From Candidatus Spongiisociaceae bacterium (lineage in GTDB: Bacteria; Actinomycetota; Acidimicrobiia; Spongiisociales; Spongiisociaceae): DNA of 64,000 bases. The stretch lies in NCBI GenBank assembly GCA_965262915.1, contig OZ253564.1:3648001-3712000 (forward strand). Reading direction: 5' to 3'. Numbering within the stretch: position 1 is the first letter of the stretch; each line of letters opens with the position of its first letter. The translations under genes and the position numbers were made by a program. This document shows, piece by piece, positions 8,945-17,145 of this stretch. The notes below the pieces were generated by a model that was not told the origin of the DNA, made no database searches, and worked only from the letters and a program-made list of their open reading frames with translations.

Positions 8945-10533
8945 TCGACCAGCGGCGCACCATCTCCGGCATCCCGGTCGCGCCCCTCTACACCGAAGCC
9001 GACATCGAGGCTCTTAGCCCCGACGAGCATCTGGGCCTCCCCGGTCATCCGCCCTTCACCAGGGGACCTTACGAATCCATGTATCGCGGTCGCCTGTGGA
9101 CGATGCGCCAGTTCGCCGGGTACGGGAGCGCCGAGGACACCAACCAGCGGTACCGCTTCCTGCTCGGCCAGGGCCAGACCGCCCTTTCGGTGGCCTTCGA
9201 CCTGCCCACACAATTGGGCTACGACTCGTCGCATCCGATGGCCAGTGCCGAAGTCGGGCGGGTGGGGGTGGCCATCGACACCGCAGACGACATGGCCGAC
9301 CTCTTCGACGGCCTGCCACTCGACGAGCTTTCCATCAACTTCACCATCAACGCCACCGCACCCATCATCCTCGCCTTCTACCTGGTGGCCGCGGAGCGGC
9401 AGCAGGTCCCCTTCGAGCGCCTGTCGGGAACCCTGCAGAACGACCTGCTCAAGGAGTTCCTGGCCCGCAAGGCGTTCATATTCCCGCCCACCCCGTCGAT
9501 GCGCCTCGTCGCGGACGTCGTCGAATGGTCAGCCCGGTACCTCCCCAGGTTCAACCCGATCTCCATAACCGGATACCACGCCAGGGAAGCCGGATGCACG
9601 GCGGTGCAGGAACTCGGCCTGACCATGTCCTCCGCCATCGCCTACGCGGAGGAACTCCTTGGCCGCGGGCTCGCTTTCGACTCGTTCGCACCACGGTTCT
9701 CGTTCCACTTCGCCACCACCATGAACCTGTTCGAGGAGGTCGCCAAGCTAAGAGCGGCCCGGCGCCTGTGGTACGACATCGCCACTACCCGCTTCGGAGC
9801 CCGGGATCCACGCTCAGCGCGGCTGCGTTTCTTCTCGGGGAACTCCGGGACCACGCTGACGGCCGCTCAACCACTCAACAACATCATCCGGTCGACTATC
9901 CAATGTCTCGGGGCGGTCCTGGGCGGCGCCCAATCCATCCATGTGATGGGCTACGACGAAGCCTACGAGCTACCCACCGAGGAGGCCGTAACCCTGTCGC
10001 TGCGCACCCAGCAGATCGTGGCCCACGAATCAGGAGTGGCCGACACCGTCGACGCCCTGGCGGGTTCCTACTACGTCGAATGGCTCACCGCCGAAGTGGA
10101 GCAACGGGCCCGCGAGGTCATGGCCGCGGTGGAAGATCTGGGCGGGATGGTCAAGGCGCTCGAGGACGGAACCCCGCAGCGGTGGATAGCGGCCGAGGCC
10201 TACCGGAGGGAACGGGCGATCGCAGACGGGACCGAGGTGAGAGTAGGGGTGAACCGGTACGTGGACGACTCGGAGATCCCCCACGAACCCCGCCTGTTCA
10301 CCCTGGATGACCACATCGGGGAGCGCCAGATCACCCGGACGGAACGTCGGAAGACGGCCAGGAACGATCACGCAGCCCTCGAACGTCTGGAAGCCCTTCG
10401 GCAGGCCGTTCGTGACGGGAACAACGTCATGCCCCCGCTGATCGAAGCAGCCAGAATCGGCGTCACCCTGGGGGAGATGAGCGACGTGCTGCGGACCGAG
10501 TTCGGCGAATTCCGGGAACCCAGCCCTTTGTGA
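8941..10533 (+). CDS. Adenosylcobalamin-dependent acyl-CoA mutase large subunit (MCM family, atypical substrate pocket)
   Basis: WTMRQFAG, SVAFDLPTQ, QNDLLKE, GYHAREAG, EVAKLRAAR. Confidence 0.95.
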   Translation: MIDQRRTISGIPVAPLYTEADIEALSPDEHLGLPGHPPFTRGPYESMYRGRLWTMRQFAGYGSAEDTNQRYRFLLGQGQTALSVAFDLPTQLGYDSSHPMASAEVGRVGVAIDTADDMADLFDGLPLDELSINFTINATAPIILAFYLVAAERQQVPFERLSGTLQNDLLKEFLARKAFIFPPTPSMRLVADVVEWSARYLPRFNPISITGYHAREAGCTAVQELGLTMSSAIAYAEELLGRGLAFDSFAPRFSFHFATTMNLFEEVAKLRAARRLWYDIATTRFGARDPRSARLRFFSGNSGTTLTAAQPLNNIIRSTIQCLGAVLGGAQSIHVMGYDEAYELPTEEAVTLSLRTQQIVAHESGVADTVDALAGSYYVEWLTAEVEQRAREVMAAVEDLGGMVKALEDGTPQRWIAAEAYRRERAIADGTEVRVGVNRYVDDSEIPHEPRLFTLDDHIGERQITRTERRKTARNDHAALERLEALRQAVRDGNNVMPPLIEAARIGVTLGEMSDVLRTEFGEFREPSPL

Positions 10534-11738
10534 GCGGCGCCGGAATGCTCGATGGGATCCGGGTCGTGGACCTCACCAGGTTCGTGTCGGGTGCCTACGC
10601 GTCCTTCACGATGGCCACTCTCGGGGCCGAAGTTCTGAAGATCGAGAGTCCGACCGGCGGGGACCCCTACCGGAAACAGGGAACCGCACAGGTGGGGGAG
10701 GAGTCCGTGCTGTTCATGACCCTCAACAGCGCCAAGAAGAGTGTGGCGCTCGACTTCCGGGCGGATGGCGCCAGGCCGGCAATGGAGGCCCTGCTCTCTT
10801 CTTGTGATGTCTTTTTGGAGAACGGGCGCCCGGGCAGCCTGACCAAGTATCAGCTCGATTACGAGTCGGTCCACGTGCGGCATCCCCACATCGTCTACGG
10901 ATCCGTGTCCGGCTTCGGGGATGTCGGTCCCGATTCCGCGAAAGGGGGGTTCGATCTCATCCTGCAGGCCGCCGGAGGTCTGATGAGCGTAACCGGCCAT
11001 GAAGCGACCGGCCCGGCCAAGATCGGCGTTCCTGTCACCGATGTGGGCGCCGGTCTCTCCTGCGTGGTAGGGGTGCTGGCCGCGCTGGTCGAACGGGAGC
11101 GCACCGGGCTGGGACGCCACGTGTCGACCTCTTTGCTGGAGTTCTCCCTCGGTGCTCTGGCCACGGTCGCCACCGCCTACCTGGTGAGTGGCGTACTCCC
11201 CGGCTTGCTCGGCAGCCACTCCCCCACGTTCGCTCCTTACGGTGCCTTCCGGGCCCGTGACGGCATGTTCGTGGCCGCCGGCGCCGGATCGGAAGCGCTT
11301 TGGCAGCGCTTCTGCCGGGCGATCGGCGCCCCGCACCTGATCGAAGATCCCCGTTTCGCAGACAATGCTTCCCGTGTGGCGGCCCGTGACGAACTCACCG
11401 AGGAAATCGAAGCGATCACCACGAGGAAGAGCATCGCCGAATGGCTCGACTTGTTCGAACGCGCCCGGGTTCCCGCGGACCGGATCAACGATGTGGCCGG
11501 GGTGCTGGGCGGATCGCAATCGCAGGCGCTCGGCTCGGTCCAAACGCTCGTCCACGATACAGCCGGCCCCTACCCCGTCATCGGCATCCCGCTCCGTGTC
11601 GACCGTGATCCGCTGCCGATCCCCCGGCCCGCACCTCTCCTCGGCCGACACACGAGAGAGGCGCTTCTGTCCGTGGGAATGACACCCGACCATATCGACG
11701 TACTGGTCCGGAACGGCATGGTGGCCGAGCCCGGATGA
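10530..11738 (+). CDS. Family III CoA-transferase (CaiB/BaiF)
   Basis: LDGIRVVDL, GAEVLKIE, KKSVALD, catalytic Asp in PVTDVGAG, PAPLLG. Confidence 0.95.
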   Translation: MSGAGMLDGIRVVDLTRFVSGAYASFTMATLGAEVLKIESPTGGDPYRKQGTAQVGEESVLFMTLNSAKKSVALDFRADGARPAMEALLSSCDVFLENGRPGSLTKYQLDYESVHVRHPHIVYGSVSGFGDVGPDSAKGGFDLILQAAGGLMSVTGHEATGPAKIGVPVTDVGAGLSCVVGVLAALVERERTGLGRHVSTSLLEFSLGALATVATAYLVSGVLPGLLGSHSPTFAPYGAFRARDGMFVAAGAGSEALWQRFCRAIGAPHLIEDPRFADNASRVAARDELTEEIEAITTRKSIAEWLDLFERARVPADRINDVAGVLGGSQSQALGSVQTLVHDTAGPYPVIGIPLRVDRDPLPIPRPAPLLGRHTREALLSVGMTPDHIDVLVRNGMVAEPG

Positions 11739-12832
11739 CCAAGGACCCTGCCTCGGTCGTCCTCGAACGCACCGTCGAGTTGGCTCGCGTGCCCGCACCG
11801 CCGCTCGATGAGGCAGACCGAGCCGAGGTCGTAACCGGCTGGTGGCGCCGTGACGGCTTGGAACCGCACATCGACCCGGTGGGCAACGTGGTGGCCCGGC
11901 TCCGTACCGGACGCGGTCCCGCCATCTTCGTGGCGGCACATCTCGACACGGTCTTCGGCCGCGACGTGCCCCACGGCACCGAGCAGCGGGCCGGCAGGCT
12001 CCACGGTATCGGGGTCGGCGACAACACCGTGGCGGTGGCGGCACTCTCGGTCATGGACAGGCTGCTACCGCAGGACCTCGATCGACCGGTGTGGATCGCG
12101 GCCACCGTCGGCGAGGAAGGCTTCGGCAACCTCACCGGAGCCCGGCACCTGGTGGAACATCCTCCGGCCGAGATGGGCGCCATGGTCGCCCTGGAAGGCA
12201 ACTACCTCGGGCGGGTGGTGACGATCGGGGTCGGATCGGTCCGCTGGCTGGCGGAACTCGAGGGTCCGGGGGGGCACGCCTGGGAAGCTGCCGACAATCC
12301 CAGCGCCATCCACGACCTGGCCAGGATCATCACCGGCTTGGAAAGATTGCTACCGGACGCCCGCAACCGAGCCCGGTGTTCTCTCAACGTGGGACACATC
12401 GAAGGTGGCGAGTCGATCAACGCTCGCGCGCGGCGGGCGGCGCTCCGGATCGATATCCGCTCCGCCGATCCCGTGGTTCTCGCCGATCTCGATGCCGCAG
12501 CCCGGCGTGTGGTGCACACGGAGAAGTCCTCACCGGTAAGGGCGAACTTCAAGGAGTTGGGGAAGCGACCTGCCGGTTCGATCCCCGATACGCATCCCCT
12601 GGTGCGGGCTGCGGAGGAGGCTCTCGCCGCGATAGGAATGCACCCCGAGCTTGCGGCGACCAGCACCGACGCCAATGCCGCCTACGCGGCCGGATTGGCC
12701 GCCATCACCATCGGCATCACGGTCGGCTCCGGCGAGCACACCCCCGGGGAATGGATCGAGACCGCGCCGATCGGAGCGGGCCTCACAGCCCTGGTGGATA
12801 CCATCACCCGGTACGACAGGAAGGCAGGCTGA
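11735..12832 (+). CDS. M20/M28 family metallopeptidase
   Basis: AHLDTVF, GVGDN, GEEG, GGH, STDAN, EHTPGE. Confidence 0.9.
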   Translation: MTKDPASVVLERTVELARVPAPPLDEADRAEVVTGWWRRDGLEPHIDPVGNVVARLRTGRGPAIFVAAHLDTVFGRDVPHGTEQRAGRLHGIGVGDNTVAVAALSVMDRLLPQDLDRPVWIAATVGEEGFGNLTGARHLVEHPPAEMGAMVALEGNYLGRVVTIGVGSVRWLAELEGPGGHAWEAADNPSAIHDLARIITGLERLLPDARNRARCSLNVGHIEGGESINARARRAALRIDIRSADPVVLADLDAAARRVVHTEKSSPVRANFKELGKRPAGSIPDTHPLVRAAEEALAAIGMHPELAATSTDANAAYAAGLAAITIGITVGSGEHTPGEWIETAPIGAGLTALVDTITRYDRKAG

Positions 12833-12836
12833 ACCC

Positions 12837-13820
12837 ATGCAGACCGGCGTAGCTCTCCAAGGCCGCTATCCCCCGGGTGTCTTCGAGGAGATGGTCCGGG
12901 TGGTCGACCGGTCCGGATACGACTACCTCTGGCTGACCGACTCCTCGCTGCACACGCGCAACCCCTACGTCCATCTCGCCCTGGCCGGCCGCTTGACCAC
13001 CCGGCTGGTTCTCGGAACGGCGGTGACCAACCCCCAGACCCGGCATCCGGGGATCGTGGCGGTGAACGCGGCCACCTTGGAGGAACTGGCGCCGGGAAGG
13101 ACCATTCTGGGGATCGGGGTAGGTGATCGGCCGCTCCGGTCGCTGGGGCTGCGACCGGCCCGTCTTGTGGAACTGCGCGAGTCGATCGAGGCCATCAGGC
13201 GCCTGCTGGCCGGCGAACACATGACCTACGACGGGGCCGGGTTCCGGATGGACGACGCCCACCTGCGCTTCGGTTCCTCCTTCCGGATCCCGGTGTTCAT
13301 CTCGGCGAGCGGCCCCAAGACGCTCGAGCTGGCCGGCGAGATAGCCGACGGTGTGATCTTCCTGGGCGGGCTCTTCCGGGACGGCGTCGAGTACGGGTTG
13401 GAACACATAGAACGGGGCGCGCAGCGGGCCGGACGTCCGCGTCCTCACGTGTCGGTGTTCGGCTACGGCGCCATCGACGACCACGACCCCGCCGGGGCGC
13501 TGGAAGCGGCCCGCTCCATCGCCGCGTGGTTCCCCCAGACGGCGCCCTTCTACTGTGATATGGCCGGGTTGGATCCAGCGATCACCGCCGAGGTCAAGGC
13601 CCGATACGCGGGTGGCGAGTTCCAGGAGGCGCTGGCCGCGGCGTCGATCATGCCCGAGTCCTTCGTGAGGAAGATGGCCTTCGCAGGAGACAGCAACCAG
13701 GCGCTGGGCCACCTCCGGACGCTGGCCGATCTGGGGGTGGACTCGGTGACCGTGTTCCCTCTCGGTTCCAAGAGGCGACAAACAGTAGAGGCATTCGCCA
13801 GGGTCTTCTCCCGGCTCTAG
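12837..13820 (+). CDS. LLM-class flavin/F420-dependent oxidoreductase (Mer-like)
   Basis: WLTDS, LGTAVTNP.TRHP, LGIGVGD, GPKTLELAGEIADGV; ATG at 12837. Confidence 0.92.
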   Translation: MQTGVALQGRYPPGVFEEMVRVVDRSGYDYLWLTDSSLHTRNPYVHLALAGRLTTRLVLGTAVTNPQTRHPGIVAVNAATLEELAPGRTILGIGVGDRPLRSLGLRPARLVELRESIEAIRRLLAGEHMTYDGAGFRMDDAHLRFGSSFRIPVFISASGPKTLELAGEIADGVIFLGGLFRDGVEYGLEHIERGAQRAGRPRPHVSVFGYGAIDDHDPAGALEAARSIAAWFPQTAPFYCDMAGLDPAITAEVKARYAGGEFQEALAAASIMPESFVRKMAFAGDSNQALGHLRTLADLGVDSVTVFPLGSKRRQTVEAFARVFSRL

Positions 13821-13826
13821 AGCCCG

Positions 13827-14255
13827 ATGGTCCAGGAACCAGCTCTCTCGATGTGGCCTCCCCCGCTCAGGATCCACCATGTCGCCTTCGCACACACCCC
13901 GACCTCCGCGCCGCACGACCGGTTCGCTGAACTGTTGGGCGTCCCGGTGTGCCACGAGGAGGAGGGACCGGGATTCATCGAGAGGATGCTGCCTGTCGGG
14001 GACGGCTTTGTGCAGACCCTCGAATCGACCGGACCGGGTGTGATTGGTAAGTTCGTGGGTAAACGCGGGTCCGCGCTCCACCACATCGCTTTCGAGGTGG
14101 AGGACATCCACGAGTATCTCCGACGGCTCAGCAGTCTGGGCGTTCGCCTGATCGACGAGCATCCCCGCCCGGGCGGCATGGGCACGATGATCGCCTTCAT
14201 CCATCCCCGCGAATTCGACGGCCTGCTCGTGGAGTTGGTAGAAACCCGTCGCTGA
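13827..14255 (+). CDS. VOC-family protein, methylmalonyl-CoA epimerase-like
   Basis: IHHVAF, GSALHHIAFEV, AFIHP, GLLVELVE. Confidence 0.88.
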   Translation: MVQEPALSMWPPPLRIHHVAFAHTPTSAPHDRFAELLGVPVCHEEEGPGFIERMLPVGDGFVQTLESTGPGVIGKFVGKRGSALHHIAFEVEDIHEYLRRLSSLGVRLIDEHPRPGGMGTMIAFIHPREFDGLLVELVETRR

Positions 14256-14303
14256 GTTCCCTATTCGGGTTGCGGCGTCGGGCTCGTCCGTCGTTGCAGG
14301 GGC

Positions 14304-14350
14304 TAATGAGGACGGATCATGCGTAATGAGGACGGATCATGTGTAATGCG
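14304..14350. repeat. 20-bp tandem repeat (2 copies plus a partial)
   Basis: TAATGAGGACGGATCATGCG / TAATGAGGACGGATCATGTG / TAATG. Confidence 0.85.
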
Positions 14351-14355
14351 AATTG

Positions 14356-15450
14356 CTAGTGTCCTGATTCGGGGATTCGTTGTAGATAGTTGGTGAGGTT
14401 GTCGAAGATTTGGTCGGCGGTTTTGTGCCAGATGAAGGGTTTGGGGTTTTGGTTCCAGTGTTGGGTCCATTGGTTGATGGCGTCGGTGAGTTCGGCTACG
14501 GATCGGTGGGTGCCTCGGCGTATCTGTTTGGTGGTGAGTTCGGAGAACCATCGCTCGACGAGGTTCATCCACGACGCGTAGGTGGGTGTGAAATGGAACG
14601 TGAACCGTGGATGGCGTTGCAGCCAGCGCCCTATGGGCTCTGTTTTGTGGGGCGACGCGTTGTCCAACACGACATGGACGTCGAGTTCTGGTGGGACTTC
14701 GCGGTTGATGAGGTTTAGGAACGTCTGGAATTCTTGGGTGCGGTTGCGTCGTGTCATGGAGGTGATGACCCGGCCGGTGGCCGTGTCGAGCGCGGCGTGG
14801 AGGTTGGTGGTGCCGTACCGGCGGTAGTCGTGGGTGCGCCGCTGGGGGGTTCCGGGCAACAGGGGCAGGATCGGCGCGGTGCGGTCGAGGGCCTGTATCT
14901 GGGATTTGTGGTCCACACACAGCACCACCGCCGCGTCGGGCGGGTTCAGGTACAAACCCGCCAGGTCGCGGACCTTTTCCACGAACTGGGGGTCGGGAGA
15001 TATCTTGAAATGCTCGGTCCGGTGCGGCTTGAGACCGAACGCCCGCCATATTCTTAGGATCGACGACTGGGACAGGCCGACGGCCCTCGCCATGGACCGG
15101 GTCGACCAGTGCGTCGCGTCTCTCGGTGTTTCCTCCAGCGTCTTGACCACCACTTCTTCTACCTTGGCGTCGTCGATGCGGCGGGGCGGCCCGGGGCGGG
15201 GATTGTCGTAGAGGCCGTCGAGACGGCGCCGGGCGAAACGGTTCCGCCACTTCGAGACCGTAACCCCGCTGCAGCCCACCTCCGCTGCGATGTCCACATT
15301 GGTGCGGCCTTCGGCCGCTCCCAGCACGATACGAGACCGCATCGCTAACCCTTGTGCGGTGCTACGCCGCCGTATCCACCGCTCGAGCGTCTGGCGTTCC
15401 TCTTCATCCAGCTCGATAACCACTGCTTTACGACCCCGCTGCTTCTCCAT
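14356..15450 (-). CDS. IS630 transposase
   Basis: HTH N-terminus, THWS, HDYRRYGT, VLDNAS, TPTYASWMNLVERWF; stop codon lies inside the IR. Confidence 0.95.
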   Translation of the reverse strand: MEKQRGRKAVVIELDEEERQTLERWIRRRSTAQGLAMRSRIVLGAAEGRTNVDIAAEVGCSGVTVSKWRNRFARRRLDGLYDNPRPGPPRRIDDAKVEEVVVKTLEETPRDATHWSTRSMARAVGLSQSSILRIWRAFGLKPHRTEHFKISPDPQFVEKVRDLAGLYLNPPDAAVVLCVDHKSQIQALDRTAPILPLLPGTPQRRTHDYRRYGTTNLHAALDTATGRVITSMTRRNRTQEFQTFLNLINREVPPELDVHVVLDNASPHKTEPIGRWLQRHPRFTFHFTPTYASWMNLVERWFSELTTKQIRRGTHRSVAELTDAINQWTQHWNQNPKPFIWHKTADQIFDNLTNYLQRIPESGH

Positions 15451-15531
15451 ACGCTGCTCCCACTACTGACTGCTACTGACCTGCATATTCTAGCAGCATA
15501 TGGCAAAGAAACTAAGGAATCAGGACACTAG
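14356..15531 (-). mobile_element. IS630-family insertion sequence
   Basis: Perfect 15-bp IR CTAGTGTCCTGATTC / GAATCAGGACACTAG flanking the transposase. Confidence 0.93.
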
Positions 15532-15647
15532 GAGCCTGCTGATTATCGGGTTCGGCGAGTTGGCTGTGTTGGTGTGGTGGGGCTGGTTGGGGCTTGTGGG
15601 GTGGTGTTTTGGGTCGGTTGGTGACGGCGGTGATGCTCCTATGGTTG

Positions 15648-16877
15648 TCAAGTCGGTGATGGGGCCGGTTGGTGGGTTAGGAGCCAGGTCTGGTATTGGC
15701 TGGCGAGTTGGTGGTTGTGGTCTCGGCCGCGTTCGAGTGCGGAGATGCGGCTGGGGTGGGTTCCGAGCTGTTGGGCGGCCTGGGTGACGGTGATGTTGGC
15801 GTGTTGACGTCGGCGGCGGAGCCGGGCGCAGTTCGGGGTTGGTGGCGGGTTGGTCAGCAGTCGGTAGATCTGTGGGGCGATGTGCCGCTTGAGGCAGCGG
15901 ATGATCTCTTTTCGGTTCTTTCCTTCCCCCTGGCGCCGTGCCACGTATTGGTTGGTGGCTGCGTCGTGGCGTATCCGGGTGGTAGCGATCCGCCAGAGCG
16001 CGTTGTTCGCTTGGCGGTTACCTCCCCGGTTGAGACGATGCCGGATGGTCTGTCCCGATGATGCCTGGACGGGGCTGGCGCCACACAGCGCCGCGAAGGA
16101 CCGTTCTGATTTCATACGCTGGGGGTTGTCGCCGGCTGCGACTAGCAGGGCGGCAGCGGTGTCAGGGCCCACACCTTTGGCGGCTAACAGAGCCGGGTTC
16201 GCCTCGGCGCAGAGGCGACGGATCTCGATCTTGAGTTCTGCGATTTCTGTGTCGAGGGCTTGGTATCGGCGGGCCAGGTAGCGTAGAGCCATCTTCGCGT
16301 ACGCGGTCGTGGTCTGTGCTTGGCGGGGACGCCAGCGGGCACAGACCCGAACCCGGGCCTTGAGCTTGAGACCTCTGAGCTGGCGTTTTACCTGTTCAGG
16401 TGCGGTAACGGCCACAGAGTGGATCTGGTTAGCGGCCTGGGTGCGGGCCTTGGTAGCGGAGCGGCGGGCCATCAACAACATCCGTATGCACTCAACGGGG
16501 CCGTCACCAGATTTGGGAACTGCGGTAGCTTGCCCCGAGGCCGCTGCCCGAGCTGCCGCCTCGGCGTCGACGCTGTCGGTCTTGCCGCCCCGCTGGCGGC
16601 GTAGCTGCCGGTTCGGCCGGTTCACTTCTACCACCTCGATGCCCGCCGCCATCAGATAGCGGGCTAGGCCGGCGCCGTAGCTGCCGGTGCCCTCCACTCC
16701 TACCCGGAGCAGGTGCCCGTGGGTTCCGAACCACCTGGTCATCTGCTCATATCCGACCGGATCAGCCCCGAACGGTGCCGTTCCCAGCACCCGACCGGCG
16801 TTGTCGACCACCGCCGCCACATGGGTATCACGATGGGTATCAACCCCACCGAACACAACCCGACCATCTTCTTCCAT
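15648..16877 (-). CDS. IS110 DEDD recombinase with C-terminal XRE-type HTH extension
   Basis: GVDTH, VEGTGSYG, KTDSVDA, SSG, RGGNRQAN; tail ITVTQAAQQLGTHPSRISALERG. Confidence 0.93.
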   Translation of the reverse strand: MEEDGRVVFGGVDTHRDTHVAAVVDNAGRVLGTAPFGADPVGYEQMTRWFGTHGHLLRVGVEGTGSYGAGLARYLMAAGIEVVEVNRPNRQLRRQRGGKTDSVDAEAAARAAASGQATAVPKSGDGPVECIRMLLMARRSATKARTQAANQIHSVAVTAPEQVKRQLRGLKLKARVRVCARWRPRQAQTTTAYAKMALRYLARRYQALDTEIAELKIEIRRLCAEANPALLAAKGVGPDTAAALLVAAGDNPQRMKSERSFAALCGASPVQASSGQTIRHRLNRGGNRQANNALWRIATTRIRHDAATNQYVARRQGEGKNRKEIIRCLKRHIAPQIYRLLTNPPPTPNCARLRRRRQHANITVTQAAQQLGTHPSRISALERGRDHNHQLASQYQTWLLTHQPAPSPT

Positions 16878-17103
16878 GACGCCTTCCTCCTCTGCGGGAT
16901 AGAATCACTTCCTAATCCTCGGACCCGGAAGGCGGTTGGACAGACCACTCACGGTGGAGAACTCGAAGGCTCCTATTAGGTCACATCCGCCCCGGGTCAG
17001 GGGGTTACGCCCTAGGCCGGGAACAGGCCGACAGATCGATGAAAAGGCACAAGGCCAGATTTCAGTTGGGTCAGACCCGTCCCAGCCCAGGAACCTTCTA
17101 AGT
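16878..17103 (-). ncRNA. Candidate IS110 bridge RNA
   Basis: Position upstream of recombinase; contains ATAGGAGC, identical to the element's sub-terminal right end; fold not computed. Confidence 0.5.
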
Positions 17104-17145
17104 ATGAGTGGGGTTCTTTGGGGCGCCGTCGGGGTTTTTGGGGTT

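Larger units (their letters stand above)
15633..17105 (-). mobile_element. IS110-family element nested in the 3' flank of IS1182
   Basis: No TIR; (C)AT core at both junctions; ~230-bp noncoding leader; right end repeated at 20859-20930. Confidence 0.75.

Noticed and set aside
10368-14204. Long antisense ORFs (558 aa, 466 aa and similar elsewhere)
   Set aside because: High-GC shadow frames of well-supported genes
14304-14350. Possible CRISPR array
   Set aside because: Repeats are contiguous, with no spacers and no cas genes
16938-16949. 12-nt match GGACAGACCACT between the IS110 leader and the MITE-A end, as a target guide
   Set aside because: Neither observed IS110 insertion is in MITE-A and no AT core fits; treated as chance
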